Shown here in pieces: positions 16,922 through 26,106 of a stretch of DNA of 32,000 nt. The position numbers and the translations under genes were made by a program. The DNA is from Alkanindiges sp. WGS2144 (GTDB lineage Bacteria > Pseudomonadota > Gammaproteobacteria > Pseudomonadales > Moraxellaceae), in the NCBI RefSeq assembly GCF_043950625.1, contig NZ_CP171007.1; one strand, written 5' to 3'. The notes beneath the pieces were generated by a model that worked only from the letters and a program-made list of their open reading frames with translations, did no database searches and was not told where the DNA came from. The first letter of the stretch is position 1; every line of letters starts with the position of its first letter.

Positions 16922-18031
16922 ATGGCAAAGAGAGACTACTACGAAGTTTTAGGGTTATCCAAAGGGGCTAGCGAGGACGAAATTAAAAAGGCCTATCGCA
17001 AGCTTGCCATGAAATATCATCCAGACCGTAATCCTGACAACAAGGAAGCTGAAGAAAAATTCAAGGAAGCTTCTGAAGCTTATGAAGTGCTTTCAGACAG
17101 TGACAAGCGTTCGGCCTATGATCGTATGGGTCATAGTGCCTTTGAAGGCATGGGCGGGTTTGGTGGCGGTGGTTTTAATGCCCAGGATATCTTTAGCCAG
17201 TTTGGTGATATTTTTGGCGACATGTTTGGTGGGCGTGGAGCAGGCGGTGGCCAGCGTCAGCGTCGTGGGGCAGACTTGCGCTACGTGATGGAGCTGACCC
17301 TGGAAGAAGCGGTAAAAGGGGTGAAAAAAACCATCAGCTTTACCGCACCAGCGTCTTGTGAAGCCTGTCAGGGTCGGGGTAGTAAAAATCCACAGGATGT
17401 GACCACTTGCCAGACTTGTCATGGTTCGGGTCAGGTTCGTATGCAGCAGGGCTTTTTCTCGGTGCAGCAAACCTGCCATAGCTGTCATGGCCGTGGCAAG
17501 CAGGTGAAAAACCCGTGTAATGTTTGCCATGGTTCCGGGGTGGCCGAACGTAAGCGTACACTGGAAGTGAGTATTCCAGCCGGTGTAGACAATGGCGACC
17601 GGGTGCGCCTGAGTGGTGAAGGCGAGGCCGGTGGCGCAGGTATTCAGCCGGGTGACCTGTATGTCGAGGTAGTGGTGCGCGAGCATCCGGTATTTCAGCG
17701 TGATGGTGCCGACTTATATATGGATGTGCCGGTTAGCTTTACTGATGCTGCCCTTGGCAAGGAAGTAGAAATTCCAACTCTGGATGGCCGAGTAAGCCTG
17801 AAAATTCCTGAAGGAACACAAACCGGTAAACTGTTCCGCTTGCGTGGTAAAGGGGTAAAGCCGGTACGTACCAGTATGGTGGGTGACTTACTGTGCCGTG
17901 TGGTGGTAGAGACTCCGGTAAATCTGACCACTCGCCAAAAAGAATTATTACAGGAACTGCAAACCACTTTGGATGGTGATGATAAGCAGTCTCCGCGAAA
18001 AAAATCATTTTTTGAGCGTCTGTTTGACTAA
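16922..18031 (+). CDS. dnaJ: Molecular chaperone DnaJ
   Basis: It starts [11 protein letters not shown] and has the HPD motif and a G/F-rich region. It carries four CxxCxGxG zinc motifs ([32 protein letters not shown]). Confidence 0.97.
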   Translation: MAKRDYYEVLGLSKGASEDEIKKAYRKLAMKYHPDRNPDNKEAEEKFKEASEAYEVLSDSDKRSAYDRMGHSAFEGMGGFGGGGFNAQDIFSQFGDIFGDMFGGRGAGGGQRQRRGADLRYVMELTLEEAVKGVKKTISFTAPASCEACQGRGSKNPQDVTTCQTCHGSGQVRMQQGFFSVQQTCHSCHGRGKQVKNPCNVCHGSGVAERKRTLEVSIPAGVDNGDRVRLSGEGEAGGAGIQPGDLYVEVVVREHPVFQRDGADLYMDVPVSFTDAALGKEVEIPTLDGRVSLKIPEGTQTGKLFRLRGKGVKPVRTSMVGDLLCRVVVETPVNLTTRQKELLQELQTTLDGDDKQSPRKKSFFERLFD

Positions 18032-18043
18032 GTCATTTTAATG

Positions 18044-18076
18044 AAGGGTTTATTGGCAACGATAAGCCCTTTTTTT
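18044..18076 (+). terminator. Rho-independent terminator after dnaJ
   Basis: The stem aagggtttat pairs with ataagccctt (one G-T pair) and is followed by a T-run. Confidence 0.75.
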
Positions 18077-18175
18077 ATAGTTCAGGCCAGGTTTGTGGCT
18101 TTAGATATGACGTGGCAGTATTTTTTACACTATAGTAAGTGCCATTGGTAATAACAGCTATACGGAAAACACATT

Positions 18176-19000
18176 ATGGCAACAACTTCTTTGCATAACC
18201 TGCGTATTGGTGTTCTGGGAGCAGGTGGTCGCATGGGTCGTATGTTGATTCAGGCAGTGCATCAGGCGGATTATCAGCTGGCAGCAGCAGTAGAGCATCC
18301 AGGCAGTTCGTTACTGGGTAGTGATGCCGGTGAACTGGCAGGGGTAGGATGCTTAAATGTACCAGTGGTGAGTGGCTTGCAGGAAGTCATTGACCAGTGT
18401 GATGTAGTGATTGATTTTAGCTTACCGCATGCTACAGAGCAGCATTTACAAATATGTCAGCAGGCAAAGGTAGCCATGGTCATTGGCACTACTGGCCTTT
18501 CTGATATACAAAAGCAGCTTGTTAGCGATACAGCACAGCATATTCAGGTGGTATATTCGGGTAATTACTCGGTTGGTGTGAATATCTCACTAAAAATGCT
18601 GGAAGTGGCCGCACGTGCTTTTGGTGATAGCGTCGATATTGAGATTATCGAAGCACACCATCGCCATAAGGTAGATGCACCCTCAGGTACGGCATATATG
18701 ATGGGTGAAACCGTCGCCAATGCATTGGATCGTAACCTAAAAGAAGTAGCGGTTTATGGACGTGAGGGGCATACTGGGCCACGTGATCGGCAAACCATTG
18801 GCTTTGAAACCATTCGCGGTGGCGATATTGTCGGTGAGCATACCGTCATGTTTATTGGTGAAGGCGAGCGGGTAGAGGTCAAGCACCTGGCCACCAATCG
18901 CATGAATTTTGCCAGCGGTGCGGTGCGTGCAGCGGCCTGGGTGGTGCAACAGCCCAATGGACGTTATGACATGCAGGACGTATTATCCTTAAAAAATTAA
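18176..19000 (+). CDS. dapB: 4-hydroxy-tetrahydrodipicolinate reductase
   Basis: It has the N-terminal Rossmann motif [10 protein letters not shown] and the conserved [15 protein letters not shown] motif, at a length of 274 aa. Confidence 0.95.
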   Translation: MATTSLHNLRIGVLGAGGRMGRMLIQAVHQADYQLAAAVEHPGSSLLGSDAGELAGVGCLNVPVVSGLQEVIDQCDVVIDFSLPHATEQHLQICQQAKVAMVIGTTGLSDIQKQLVSDTAQHIQVVYSGNYSVGVNISLKMLEVAARAFGDSVDIEIIEAHHRHKVDAPSGTAYMMGETVANALDRNLKEVAVYGREGHTGPRDRQTIGFETIRGGDIVGEHTVMFIGEGERVEVKHLATNRMNFASGAVRAAAWVVQQPNGRYDMQDVLSLKN

Positions 19001-19022
19001 AGTCAAAGGCAGAACTTAATTC

Positions 19023-19718
19023 ATGAAATACTTAAAACCGTTTGTATTGTTGCGTCAAACCAGTCTTGGCCTGAGCCTGGCTTTAATCAGTCTGGCCGCC
19101 GTGCAGGCAGAAGAGGCAGTTAATCCTGGCAAGCTGGCTATCAATAAAAACGGTATTAAAGTATGGACCTATCAAACGCCCAATAATCCTGCCTTTAACT
19201 ATCGCGCGACCACAGTGCTCAACACCAGTTTAACCAGTGCCGCTGCGGTCATTCTGGATACCGATTCACTCATTCGCTGGGTGCCTTATGTGAGTGCAGT
19301 TGATTTGATTGAGCGCAATCCTGATAACGGCACCTTTGTTTTGCGTATGCAACTGAATTTTCCGTTTCCGTTACAAAAGCGCGATATTGTAGTGCGTGGT
19401 AAAATCAGCCAGACCAGCGACGGTACAGTAACTATTAAAAATCAGGCCATTAGTGATAGGCGGGCTCCCTTGCGCCAGAATGTTGTCCGACTGACGCATT
19501 ACGAGGGCGATTGGACATTAAAGCCTCTGGCCGCCAACAAGGTCGAAGTGACTACCAGCGGCTATGCTGATCCAGGCGGTGCCATTCCTTTATCGATTGC
19601 CAATCATTTTGTGCAACAGCAGCCCTACCAGATGCTGGGCAGCATGAAAAACTACGTTAAAAATGCACGTTACCAGCAGGCCCAACTAGAGTTTATTCGT
19701 GATCCATATGCAAAGTAG
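19023..19718 (+). CDS. Secreted START/SRPBCC-like lipid-binding domain protein
   Basis: It has a signal peptide (LSLALISLAAVQA/EE). Its size and pattern are consistent with bacterial START-domain proteins. This is a moderate-confidence family call. Confidence 0.55.
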   Translation: MKYLKPFVLLRQTSLGLSLALISLAAVQAEEAVNPGKLAINKNGIKVWTYQTPNNPAFNYRATTVLNTSLTSAAAVILDTDSLIRWVPYVSAVDLIERNPDNGTFVLRMQLNFPFPLQKRDIVVRGKISQTSDGTVTIKNQAISDRRAPLRQNVVRLTHYEGDWTLKPLAANKVEVTTSGYADPGGAIPLSIANHFVQQQPYQMLGSMKNYVKNARYQQAQLEFIRDPYAK

Positions 19719-19734
19719 TTGATTATTTTATAAT

Positions 19735-19766
19735 AAAAAAGCTGAAGCCCAAACTTCAGCTTTTTT
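19735..19766. terminator. Bidirectional terminator between convergent genes
   Basis: The sequence is aaaaaagctgaag-cccaaa-cttcagctttttt, a perfect stem with A and T flanks. Confidence 0.85.
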
Positions 19767-19782
19767 ATTGGTTTAAGTGCTA

Positions 19783-20805
19783 TTAATCAAAATCGGCTTT
19801 TAACACCACCCGGTAGCGTGCCTTGCCATCACGCACATGCTGTAATGCCTGGTTAACCTGTGACATGGGAAATACTTCAACCGTGGGTTCAACCCCGGCT
19901 CGCGCAGAAAAATTCAACAGCTTGCGTAGTGCCACCGGTGAACCTGTGGGCGAGCCGGTCACTGATTTGGCACCGCTAATGAGGGTAAAAGCTGGCACGG
20001 CAATCGGCTCAAGCACCGCCCCAACGGTATGGAATTTACCCTCTGGCGCTAGCGCTGCAAAATAAGGCATCCAGTCCAGGCTGACATTAATGGTATTAAT
20101 AATAAGATCAAACTGGCCACGTAATGCTTTTAACGCGGCTTTATCGCGGCTGTTGACCACATGGTCAGCGCCCATTGCCAGAATTTCCTGGGTTTTCTCA
20201 GGGCTTGAACTAAAAGCTATCACTTCACAGCCCCAGGCACGTAGCAGCTTAATGGCCATATGGCCCAAGCCTCCAATACCAATGACGCCCACCTTGCTGA
20301 TCGCCTGAATATTGTGGCGTAACAAGGGATCAAATACAGTGATACCACCACACAATAAAGGCCCTGCTACTTCAGGGTTTAAACCTTCGGGTACTGGAAT
20401 TATCCATTGCCAGCCGGCACGCAGCTTTTCTGCAAAACCACCACGATTACTAATGGTTGAGGTACTGCCGTTCTGGCACAGTACCTGCTTACCATCCAGG
20501 CAGGGATCACAATACTGACAATTATCAGCCGTCCAGCCAATACCCACGCGCTGACCAATTTGCAGTCCTTTGTTCTGTGCTTCGCTACCAAGTGCACTAA
20601 TACGACCAATCACTTCATGCCCGGCAATCAATGGATACACCGAACTGCCCCACTCATTGTCAATCATGGATAAATCAGAGTGGCAGATGCCGCAGTATTC
20701 CACCTGAACTTCTACCTCGTGCGCCTTAAGCTCACTGGCCTCATATTCATAGGGTTGCAAGTCTTGGCCAGCTTCTAAAGCCGCATAGCTACGAATGAGG
20801 GTCAT
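19783..20805 (-). CDS. Zn-dependent NAD(P) alcohol dehydrogenase (cinnamyl-alcohol/YahK-like)
   Basis: It has the GICHSD and GHEVIG catalytic Zn motifs, the structural Zn cysteines [15 protein letters not shown] and the GIGGLGH Rossmann motif. Confidence 0.9.
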   Translation of the reverse strand: MTLIRSYAALEAGQDLQPYEYEASELKAHEVEVQVEYCGICHSDLSMIDNEWGSSVYPLIAGHEVIGRISALGSEAQNKGLQIGQRVGIGWTADNCQYCDPCLDGKQVLCQNGSTSTISNRGGFAEKLRAGWQWIIPVPEGLNPEVAGPLLCGGITVFDPLLRHNIQAISKVGVIGIGGLGHMAIKLLRAWGCEVIAFSSSPEKTQEILAMGADHVVNSRDKAALKALRGQFDLIINTINVSLDWMPYFAALAPEGKFHTVGAVLEPIAVPAFTLISGAKSVTGSPTGSPVALRKLLNFSARAGVEPTVEVFPMSQVNQALQHVRDGKARYRVVLKADFD

Positions 20806-21022
20806 GGTAATATCCTTGAGTGACGGCAGATTGAATAAATTCAGGTAAAGGCAGTTAGCAATTTGCTTTACGGCATTTTTACAGCGTTTGACCAGCGCGT
20901 TGCCTGGTCAGCAAACCATAATAAACAATTTGTCCAGGCCAGCCTATGGCAACTACAAAAGCACATCAAACCATAGTGGTAGGGTACGCAACTATGCTAG
21001 GTGTTGGAGTAGCAATTCGTTC

Positions 21023-21274
21023 TTATTTCGGGCAACTCCAGCTCATCCAGCATTGCGTCTTGGTATCCCAATATTCTAGCCGAGCCAGATCAAGTTGCTC
21101 AAAATCAACCCAGTGGTCCTGTCCGGTTTTTTCAGAAAAGCCTGTACTCATGAGCAAGGCATCTTCAGTAATTTCCATGATCCAGCCTTGCAGTATTTGG
21201 CCACTTTTCAGACTAATGCGCTGCTGATTACCACTTTGGGCAAAATTGACCATGTGTTCAGCCAGTTGCGGCAT
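21023..21274 (-). CDS. Hypothetical 83-aa cytoplasmic protein, translationally coupled to the M23 peptidase gene
   Basis: Its ATG lies 2 nt after the upstream TAA. The composition is acidic and protein-like, with no signal peptide. I recognise no family. Confidence 0.5.
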   Translation of the reverse strand: MPQLAEHMVNFAQSGNQQRISLKSGQILQGWIMEITEDALLMSTGFSEKTGQDHWVDFEQLDLARLEYWDTKTQCWMSWSCPK

Positions 21275-21276
21275 GT

Positions 21277-21891
21277 TTAAGATCTCACCAAATAGTAGTA
21301 GGGATTAACGGCGCCGCGGCCCTTACCAGACAAATAAACGCCATAATGCAGATGCGGTGAACCACCGCGTGCGTTGCCGGTATTGCCCACATAACCAATC
21401 ACCTGGCCTTTTTTAACCCGGTCACCTACATTCAGACCGCGTTTATGTTTGCTTAAGTGTGCATAGTAGTGATAACTGCCGGCAGGCCCTGCAACCCAGA
21501 TTACTTTTCCACCCAGTTTATTGTTGCGCATGTCTACCACCACGCCCGCCGTACTGCTTAATACCTTGGTGCCTCGCGCTGCCATAATATCAATACCTTC
21601 ATGACGGCGGCCACTACTGCGTGCAGCGCCCCAGGTATCCTTGAGCTGGCGGGGCTTGACTCCTTTTACCGGCACTGGCAAGTATTCGGGCAAAGCTTGC
21701 TGGCGTAGCCGTAAAATATCCGCCTGAGCAGAGGCTGGCAGCGGTTTTTGCTTAGGTGCACTGGCGCATCCTGCCGCCAATGCAAGCACAGACACCAGCA
21801 ACAGCCAGCGAAACTGGTTAAAGCAGAAAAGCAGGGTATTGATATCACATCGTATTTGCCAGTCATCCTTGAGAAGGCGCTGTTTTTCCAT
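21277..21891 (-). CDS. M23-family metallopeptidase, lipoprotein
   Basis: It has the lipobox LAAGC, the HxxxD motif HEGIDI and the HxH motif PHLHYGV. Confidence 0.9.
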   Translation of the reverse strand: MEKQRLLKDDWQIRCDINTLLFCFNQFRWLLLVSVLALAAGCASAPKQKPLPASAQADILRLRQQALPEYLPVPVKGVKPRQLKDTWGAARSSGRRHEGIDIMAARGTKVLSSTAGVVVDMRNNKLGGKVIWVAGPAGSYHYYAHLSKHKRGLNVGDRVKKGQVIGYVGNTGNARGGSPHLHYGVYLSGKGRGAVNPYYYLVRS

Positions 21892-22010
21892 AAATTAAAA
21901 CCATCCACGTGATTATTGCTACCATCAAGCCTGACTTAAAAACCATTGAAAGCGCCAGGGCTGAATCCATGATAGCGTGCCCGGACAGTGCTGCCTACCC
22001 AAAACAGGAT

Positions 22011-23123
22011 TTAGCCAGGCTTATAGTTTTCATTACCGGGGATTTTATTATAGATCATGTTCATTTCTTCCAGAACTTTAAGCATGGCCTTAGGGACGCC
22101 GGCTTGCCTTGCCTGTTCGCTAGTTAACCATTGACTAGCGGCAAAATATTGCTGAAGCTGACCGTCTGGTGCGGTGTTTAGCTTAAAAACCAGTGGTGTC
22201 AAGTACCAGGTAAAATGGGTAAAGGAATGCTTTACTAGTGGCAGTTGATATGGGGTTCGCAGCTCAAATTGCTGGATAAATTCACCCAGACTTTGTTCTT
22301 CCATAATGGGTAAACAGGTTAAGCCGCCCCACAAGCCGTTGTCAGGGCGTTGTTGCCACAAGCACTGCCCATTTTGCTCATCTTGTAAAATGAGTACGTA
22401 GGCCTGTTTTTCCGGGCTGGGTTTTTTTGCTTTTTTATATGGAAACTCCAGTACCCGATTTTGTGAAAAAGCCTGACAATCCTCACGCACCGGGCAGTAC
22501 AGGCACAGCGGTTTTTTACTGGTACAAATGGTAGCGCCCAGATCCATCATGGCCTGCGTATAGGCAGCGTTACGCGCAACCGGAGTACGCTGTTCGGACA
22601 GTTGCCAAAGCTGGTTGACAATGGCAGAAGAATTACTGTCGCCTTCAATAGCAGCATGCCGGGTTAACACCCGCTTTACATTGCCATCCATAATCACACC
22701 ATATTGCTGTAAGCCCAGCGACATGAGTGCCCCAGCAGTTGAGCGGCCAATACCGGGCAGCGCCATCCAGCCGTCCAGAGTATCTGGAAAGCCACCTTGC
22801 GCAACCACCTGCTGCGCCGCCTTGTGCAGGTTACGTGCACGGGCATAATATCCCAGACCCGCCCAGTAGGGTGCGACCTCATCCCAGCTGGCCTGTGCCA
22901 GACTTTCTACTGTAGGAAAGCGCTGCATAAAACGGTCAAAATAGTTTAAAACCGTTTTTACCTGGGTTTGTTGCAGCATGATTTCTGAGACCCAGACCTT
23001 ATAGGGATTATCCTTAACCTGCCAGGGCAAATCATGGCGGCCATGCTGGTCAAACCAGTCAAGTACTCGTATGGCAAAGTCGGGGTTAGATTGATTATTA
23101 CTGGACAAATAAAAAGCCATCAT
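22011..23123 (-). CDS. mutY: A/G-specific adenine DNA glycosylase
   Basis: It has the helix-hairpin-helix LPGIGRSTAGA, the Fe-S cluster loop CTSKKPLCLYCPVREDC and a C-terminal NUDIX-like domain. I chose the first ATG at 23123; the ORF-track start is TTG 23153. Confidence 0.93.
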   Translation of the reverse strand: MMAFYLSSNNQSNPDFAIRVLDWFDQHGRHDLPWQVKDNPYKVWVSEIMLQQTQVKTVLNYFDRFMQRFPTVESLAQASWDEVAPYWAGLGYYARARNLHKAAQQVVAQGGFPDTLDGWMALPGIGRSTAGALMSLGLQQYGVIMDGNVKRVLTRHAAIEGDSNSSAIVNQLWQLSEQRTPVARNAAYTQAMMDLGATICTSKKPLCLYCPVREDCQAFSQNRVLEFPYKKAKKPSPEKQAYVLILQDEQNGQCLWQQRPDNGLWGGLTCLPIMEEQSLGEFIQQFELRTPYQLPLVKHSFTHFTWYLTPLVFKLNTAPDGQLQQYFAASQWLTSEQARQAGVPKAMLKVLEEMNMIYNKIPGNENYKPG

Positions 23124-23224
23124 CTCATCACGATGGCTATAGAGTGGGGGCAAATGTTTAAACTCAAAGGAGAGTTTTTAGCTGAACCTAAAATCCTTCA
23201 ATTTTTATTTATGTCATGTTTTAT

Positions 23225-23968
23225 TTATTTAAATACTCTGGCAAAAAAATCCAGCATGGCCTGATGCGATTGCTGGGCTGCCTGGGCATTAAAGCCTAAA
23301 TCAATACTGTTATTACGCGCGCGCTCATCTGCCAGTGGATTAGTAAAGCCATGTTTAGCACCCGGATACACATCAACATGATAATGCGCGCCAGCTTTAT
23401 CCATTTCCTGCCTAAACGTTTCCAGATCATTTAAGCTCACCATACTGTCCGCTTCGCCATGTTCAATCAGCAGCTCGGCTTTAATTTGACCAGGTTGCGC
23501 GGGCTGTTTGGGGGTTAATGTGCCATGAAAACTTACCACCCCTTTTAAATCAAAGCCTTCACGGGCCATATCGAGGGCAATCTTGCCGCCAAAGCAAAAA
23601 CCAATGGCCCCTAAACGGCTGGCATCCACGTCCGGCTGTGCGGCCAGTATATCCATTCCGGCTTTAGCACGCTGCATTAGCAAATCCTGATTAGCCAGCA
23701 TGGCGCTCATCCATTCATTGGCCTGACTGGCTTGATCAGTAACTTTGCCTTCGCCATACACATCAATGGCCAGTGCCGCATAGCCCTGACTGGCCAGTTG
23801 TTCAGCCTGCTGTCTGGGGTGCTCAGTGACGCCCCACCATTCTGGACACACCATAATGCCCGGCACTACGCCTGTTGTTCCTTCAGGCATGGAAAAATGG
23901 CCGATCAGAGTAGTGCCTTCGGGCGAGGTATAGGAGAGTTGCTGTGAAATAATTGCAGATTGTGCCAC
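23225..23968 (-). CDS. Dienelactone hydrolase family protein
   Basis: It has the GFCFGG nucleophile motif and a C-terminal GAKHGF His, at 247 aa. Confidence 0.85.
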   Translation of the reverse strand: MAQSAIISQQLSYTSPEGTTLIGHFSMPEGTTGVVPGIMVCPEWWGVTEHPRQQAEQLASQGYAALAIDVYGEGKVTDQASQANEWMSAMLANQDLLMQRAKAGMDILAAQPDVDASRLGAIGFCFGGKIALDMAREGFDLKGVVSFHGTLTPKQPAQPGQIKAELLIEHGEADSMVSLNDLETFRQEMDKAGAHYHVDVYPGAKHGFTNPLADERARNNSIDLGFNAQAAQQSHQAMLDFFARVFK

Positions 23969-24093
23969 TTGTCATCCTCCAGTGAGCAGTTTTATTAAAG
24001 TATTGACTGGTTTAGTGTAGCGGAATTTACGAGGTTGTCCGTTAAGCTTGGTAAGAGGCATTTAACTGAGCACATTAGGCAGGTAAACATAAC

Positions 24094-24120
24094 AAAACAG
24101 CGGTCAATGACCGCTGTTTT
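24094..24120. terminator. Bidirectional rho-independent terminator
   Basis: It is a perfect 12-bp palindrome, aaaacagcggtc-aat-gaccgctgtttt. Confidence 0.8.
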
Positions 24121-24153
24121 GCTAAAACATCTTTTTAGTAAACATGTTCTATA

Positions 24154-24315
24154 TTAAGGCACCCGGCCACGGCTTACAAAAGCAACCACCGCCAGAATAA
24201 TAGCCACTACCAGGAAGATAATAGCAAAGTCCTGTGATAAACCTGCTACACCACCAAAGCCCAGTAAGCTTGCGATTAAAGCAATTACGGCAAAAATAAT
24301 GGCCCAACGAAACAT
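24154..24315 (-). CDS. UPF0391/DUF1328-type small membrane protein (53 aa), absent from the ORF track
   Basis: Hand translation gives [53 protein letters not shown]. This matches the remembered YtjA-like signature (FLVIALIAA.LGFGG.AG.A). A GGAGA Shine-Dalgarno lies upstream. Confidence 0.75.
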   Translation of the reverse strand: MFRWAIIFAVIALIASLLGFGGVAGLSQDFAIIFLVVAIILAVVAFVSRGRVP

Positions 24316-24609
24316 GATAGATTCTCCATTTATAAAATTTGTTTTTTTAATATAAGAAATTTGGCCCGCCCTGTTGTTTATTTTCTGTTCGGTTTTGCAG
24401 GCTTATGTAGTATCTAGCCAATTTGTAAGTCGATATGTCGGTACTGAGAAAATCTAATGCTTACAGGGTATTGCAAAAAATTTGAGTAATTTTGCCTCAC
24501 TAACAAAGCTTACAGGGAGGCAACAATTTACAGCAGCCAGTTGCAGAGCTTAACTGTTTGCGCTAATACTGCAACCTCCCCTCATTCACCAGATAACCAA
24601 ATCCTGCTT

Positions 24610-25248
24610 TTAGTTAACTTTCTTGTTTTTTGTCCATTGATAGCGTATGAATTCAATAACCGCTGGCAACATGCTAATAAAAATAATAGCAAAGATCACA
24701 TATGTAAAATTATCCTTTACTACCGGATGACTACCAAATAGATAGCCCAAGGTAATAAATGAGACCACCCAGGCCGCTGCGCCGACCACGTTAAACATTA
24801 AAAAGCGTGGATAGTGCATACTGCCTACCCCGGCAATAAATGGGGCGAAGGTACGAATAATGGGTAAAAAACGGGCAAAGATAATGGTTTTGCCACCGTG
24901 TTTTTCAAAAAACCCCTGGGTTTTTAACAAATGCTCGCGCCGGATAAAGCGCAGCTTCATGTCAAACACGCGTGGACCCAGATAGTGCCCAATCTGATAG
25001 TTCACCGTATCACCCAGCACTGCTGCCACAAATAGCAGTAAGCACAACAGCACGGGATCCATGGCACCCGTAGCAGCAATCGCACCAGCTGCAAACAGCA
25101 GGCTATCCCCGGGAAGCAGGGGCATGACGACCAGGCCGGTTTCTACAAAAATGATTAAAAATAAAATCGCATAAATCCAGATACCATAATCCCGGACAAA
25201 TTCATTTAAATGCTGGTCAACGTGCAGAATAAAATCAAAAAGTTCCAT
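24610..25248 (-). CDS. DedA-family inner membrane protein
   Basis: It has the typical DedA pattern (FVETGLVVMPLLPGDSLLFAAG ... GGKTIIFARFLPIIRTFAPFIAG). Confidence 0.9.
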   Translation of the reverse strand: MELFDFILHVDQHLNEFVRDYGIWIYAILFLIIFVETGLVVMPLLPGDSLLFAAGAIAATGAMDPVLLCLLLFVAAVLGDTVNYQIGHYLGPRVFDMKLRFIRREHLLKTQGFFEKHGGKTIIFARFLPIIRTFAPFIAGVGSMHYPRFLMFNVVGAAAWVVSFITLGYLFGSHPVVKDNFTYVIFAIIFISMLPAVIEFIRYQWTKNKKVN

Positions 25249-25354
25249 AAGACGGTTATCTGGTTAAAGTGGGAAAAATCCTAGCAATAGTTGTGTCTGC
25301 TGTCATCAGGCCAGCGGTGTTGAGGCAAAAAATTACGGGTAAAATAAGCTGGGC

Positions 25355-26017
25355 TTAATCGGGCTGGCTGCCCATGCTGCGGGCACCACGTAGAATCATA
25401 TGAATCATATCGGTTGTTTGCTCAAGAATAACAGACTGTCCGGCAATATCCTGTTCCACCGCTGTTGCTCCCATGGCAAAGACCAATCGGGTAATGGCCT
25501 TGGCAACCAGCTCAGGCGCATACAGCTGGTTACCGTGCAATTGTTCCAGCCGGATCAGGTCAACTTTGAGTTCATTCTCAAAAAAGCACAATTGCTGCTC
25601 CACCGCCTGTTTAAAGGCATCCGAGCCTACTTTGCCTTCACGCAATAACAATTGCAAGTAGCCTTGCTCGGCGCGTAACTGCTCCATAAATACTTCCATG
25701 GATGACTGCACCACACTGCGTCCAGTAGCTGCTCGCTGTCGTGCCCTGCCGATAATATTTCGCAGCTCAGAACCTGCACGATCAACCAGCGCAATTGCCA
25801 GCTCATCCACATCACGAAAGTGCCGGTAAAAACTGTTGGGGGCAATACCGGCTTCGCGGGCAATTTCACGCAGGCTCAGTGTGGATACGCTACGGTGCGG
25901 ACCCAGCAATTGCAGGGCTGCATCAATTAGTTCATCACGACTGATAGATGCTGGCCGTCCCTGCGTGGTGCGGCTTGGCGTGGCGACTGGGGCCGGTGTA
26001 GTGGAGGGCTGGTTCAT
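25355..26017 (-). CDS. fabR: TetR-family unsaturated-fatty-acid biosynthesis repressor (FabR/DesT-like)
   Basis: The segment LSLREIAREAGIAPNSFYRHFRDVDELAIALVD ... ARQR ... LLLRE is close to E. coli FabR as I remember it. The gene is divergent from a reductase-desaturase pair. Confidence 0.8.
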   Translation of the reverse strand: MNQPSTTPAPVATPSRTTQGRPASISRDELIDAALQLLGPHRSVSTLSLREIAREAGIAPNSFYRHFRDVDELAIALVDRAGSELRNIIGRARQRAATGRSVVQSSMEVFMEQLRAEQGYLQLLLREGKVGSDAFKQAVEQQLCFFENELKVDLIRLEQLHGNQLYAPELVAKAITRLVFAMGATAVEQDIAGQSVILEQTTDMIHMILRGARSMGSQPD

Positions 26018-26077
26018 TGCAAATAGTGCGAATAATTGTTCTGTAACAGTATAAAGATAAAACTCATAAAAAGATAT

Positions 26078-26103
26078 TATACAACTGTCTATACATATGT
26101 ATA
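26078..26103. promoter_or_regulatory. Perfect 14-bp palindrome TATACATATGTATA plus an extra TATACA half-site; candidate FabR/DesT operator
   Basis: The palindrome is at 26090-26103 and the half-site at 26078-26083. Both lie in the 89-bp divergent intergenic region, and the palindrome ends 3 nt before ORF start 26107. Confidence 0.45.
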
Positions 26104-26106
26104 ATA

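Noticed and set aside
17082-18008. Overlapping and antisense ORFs in dnaJ, including the 197-aa ORF at 17093-17686
   Set aside because: dnaJ is unambiguous on the + strand. The antisense products are Thr/His/Ala-rich low-complexity mirrors of the Gly/Cys-rich DnaJ coding sequence.
20946-21227. The 93-aa + strand ORF competing with the 83-aa minus-strand ORF
   Set aside because: It has a Cys/Ser-rich composition and no coupling or Shine-Dalgarno. The minus-strand ORF is translationally coupled to the M23 gene and looks protein-like.
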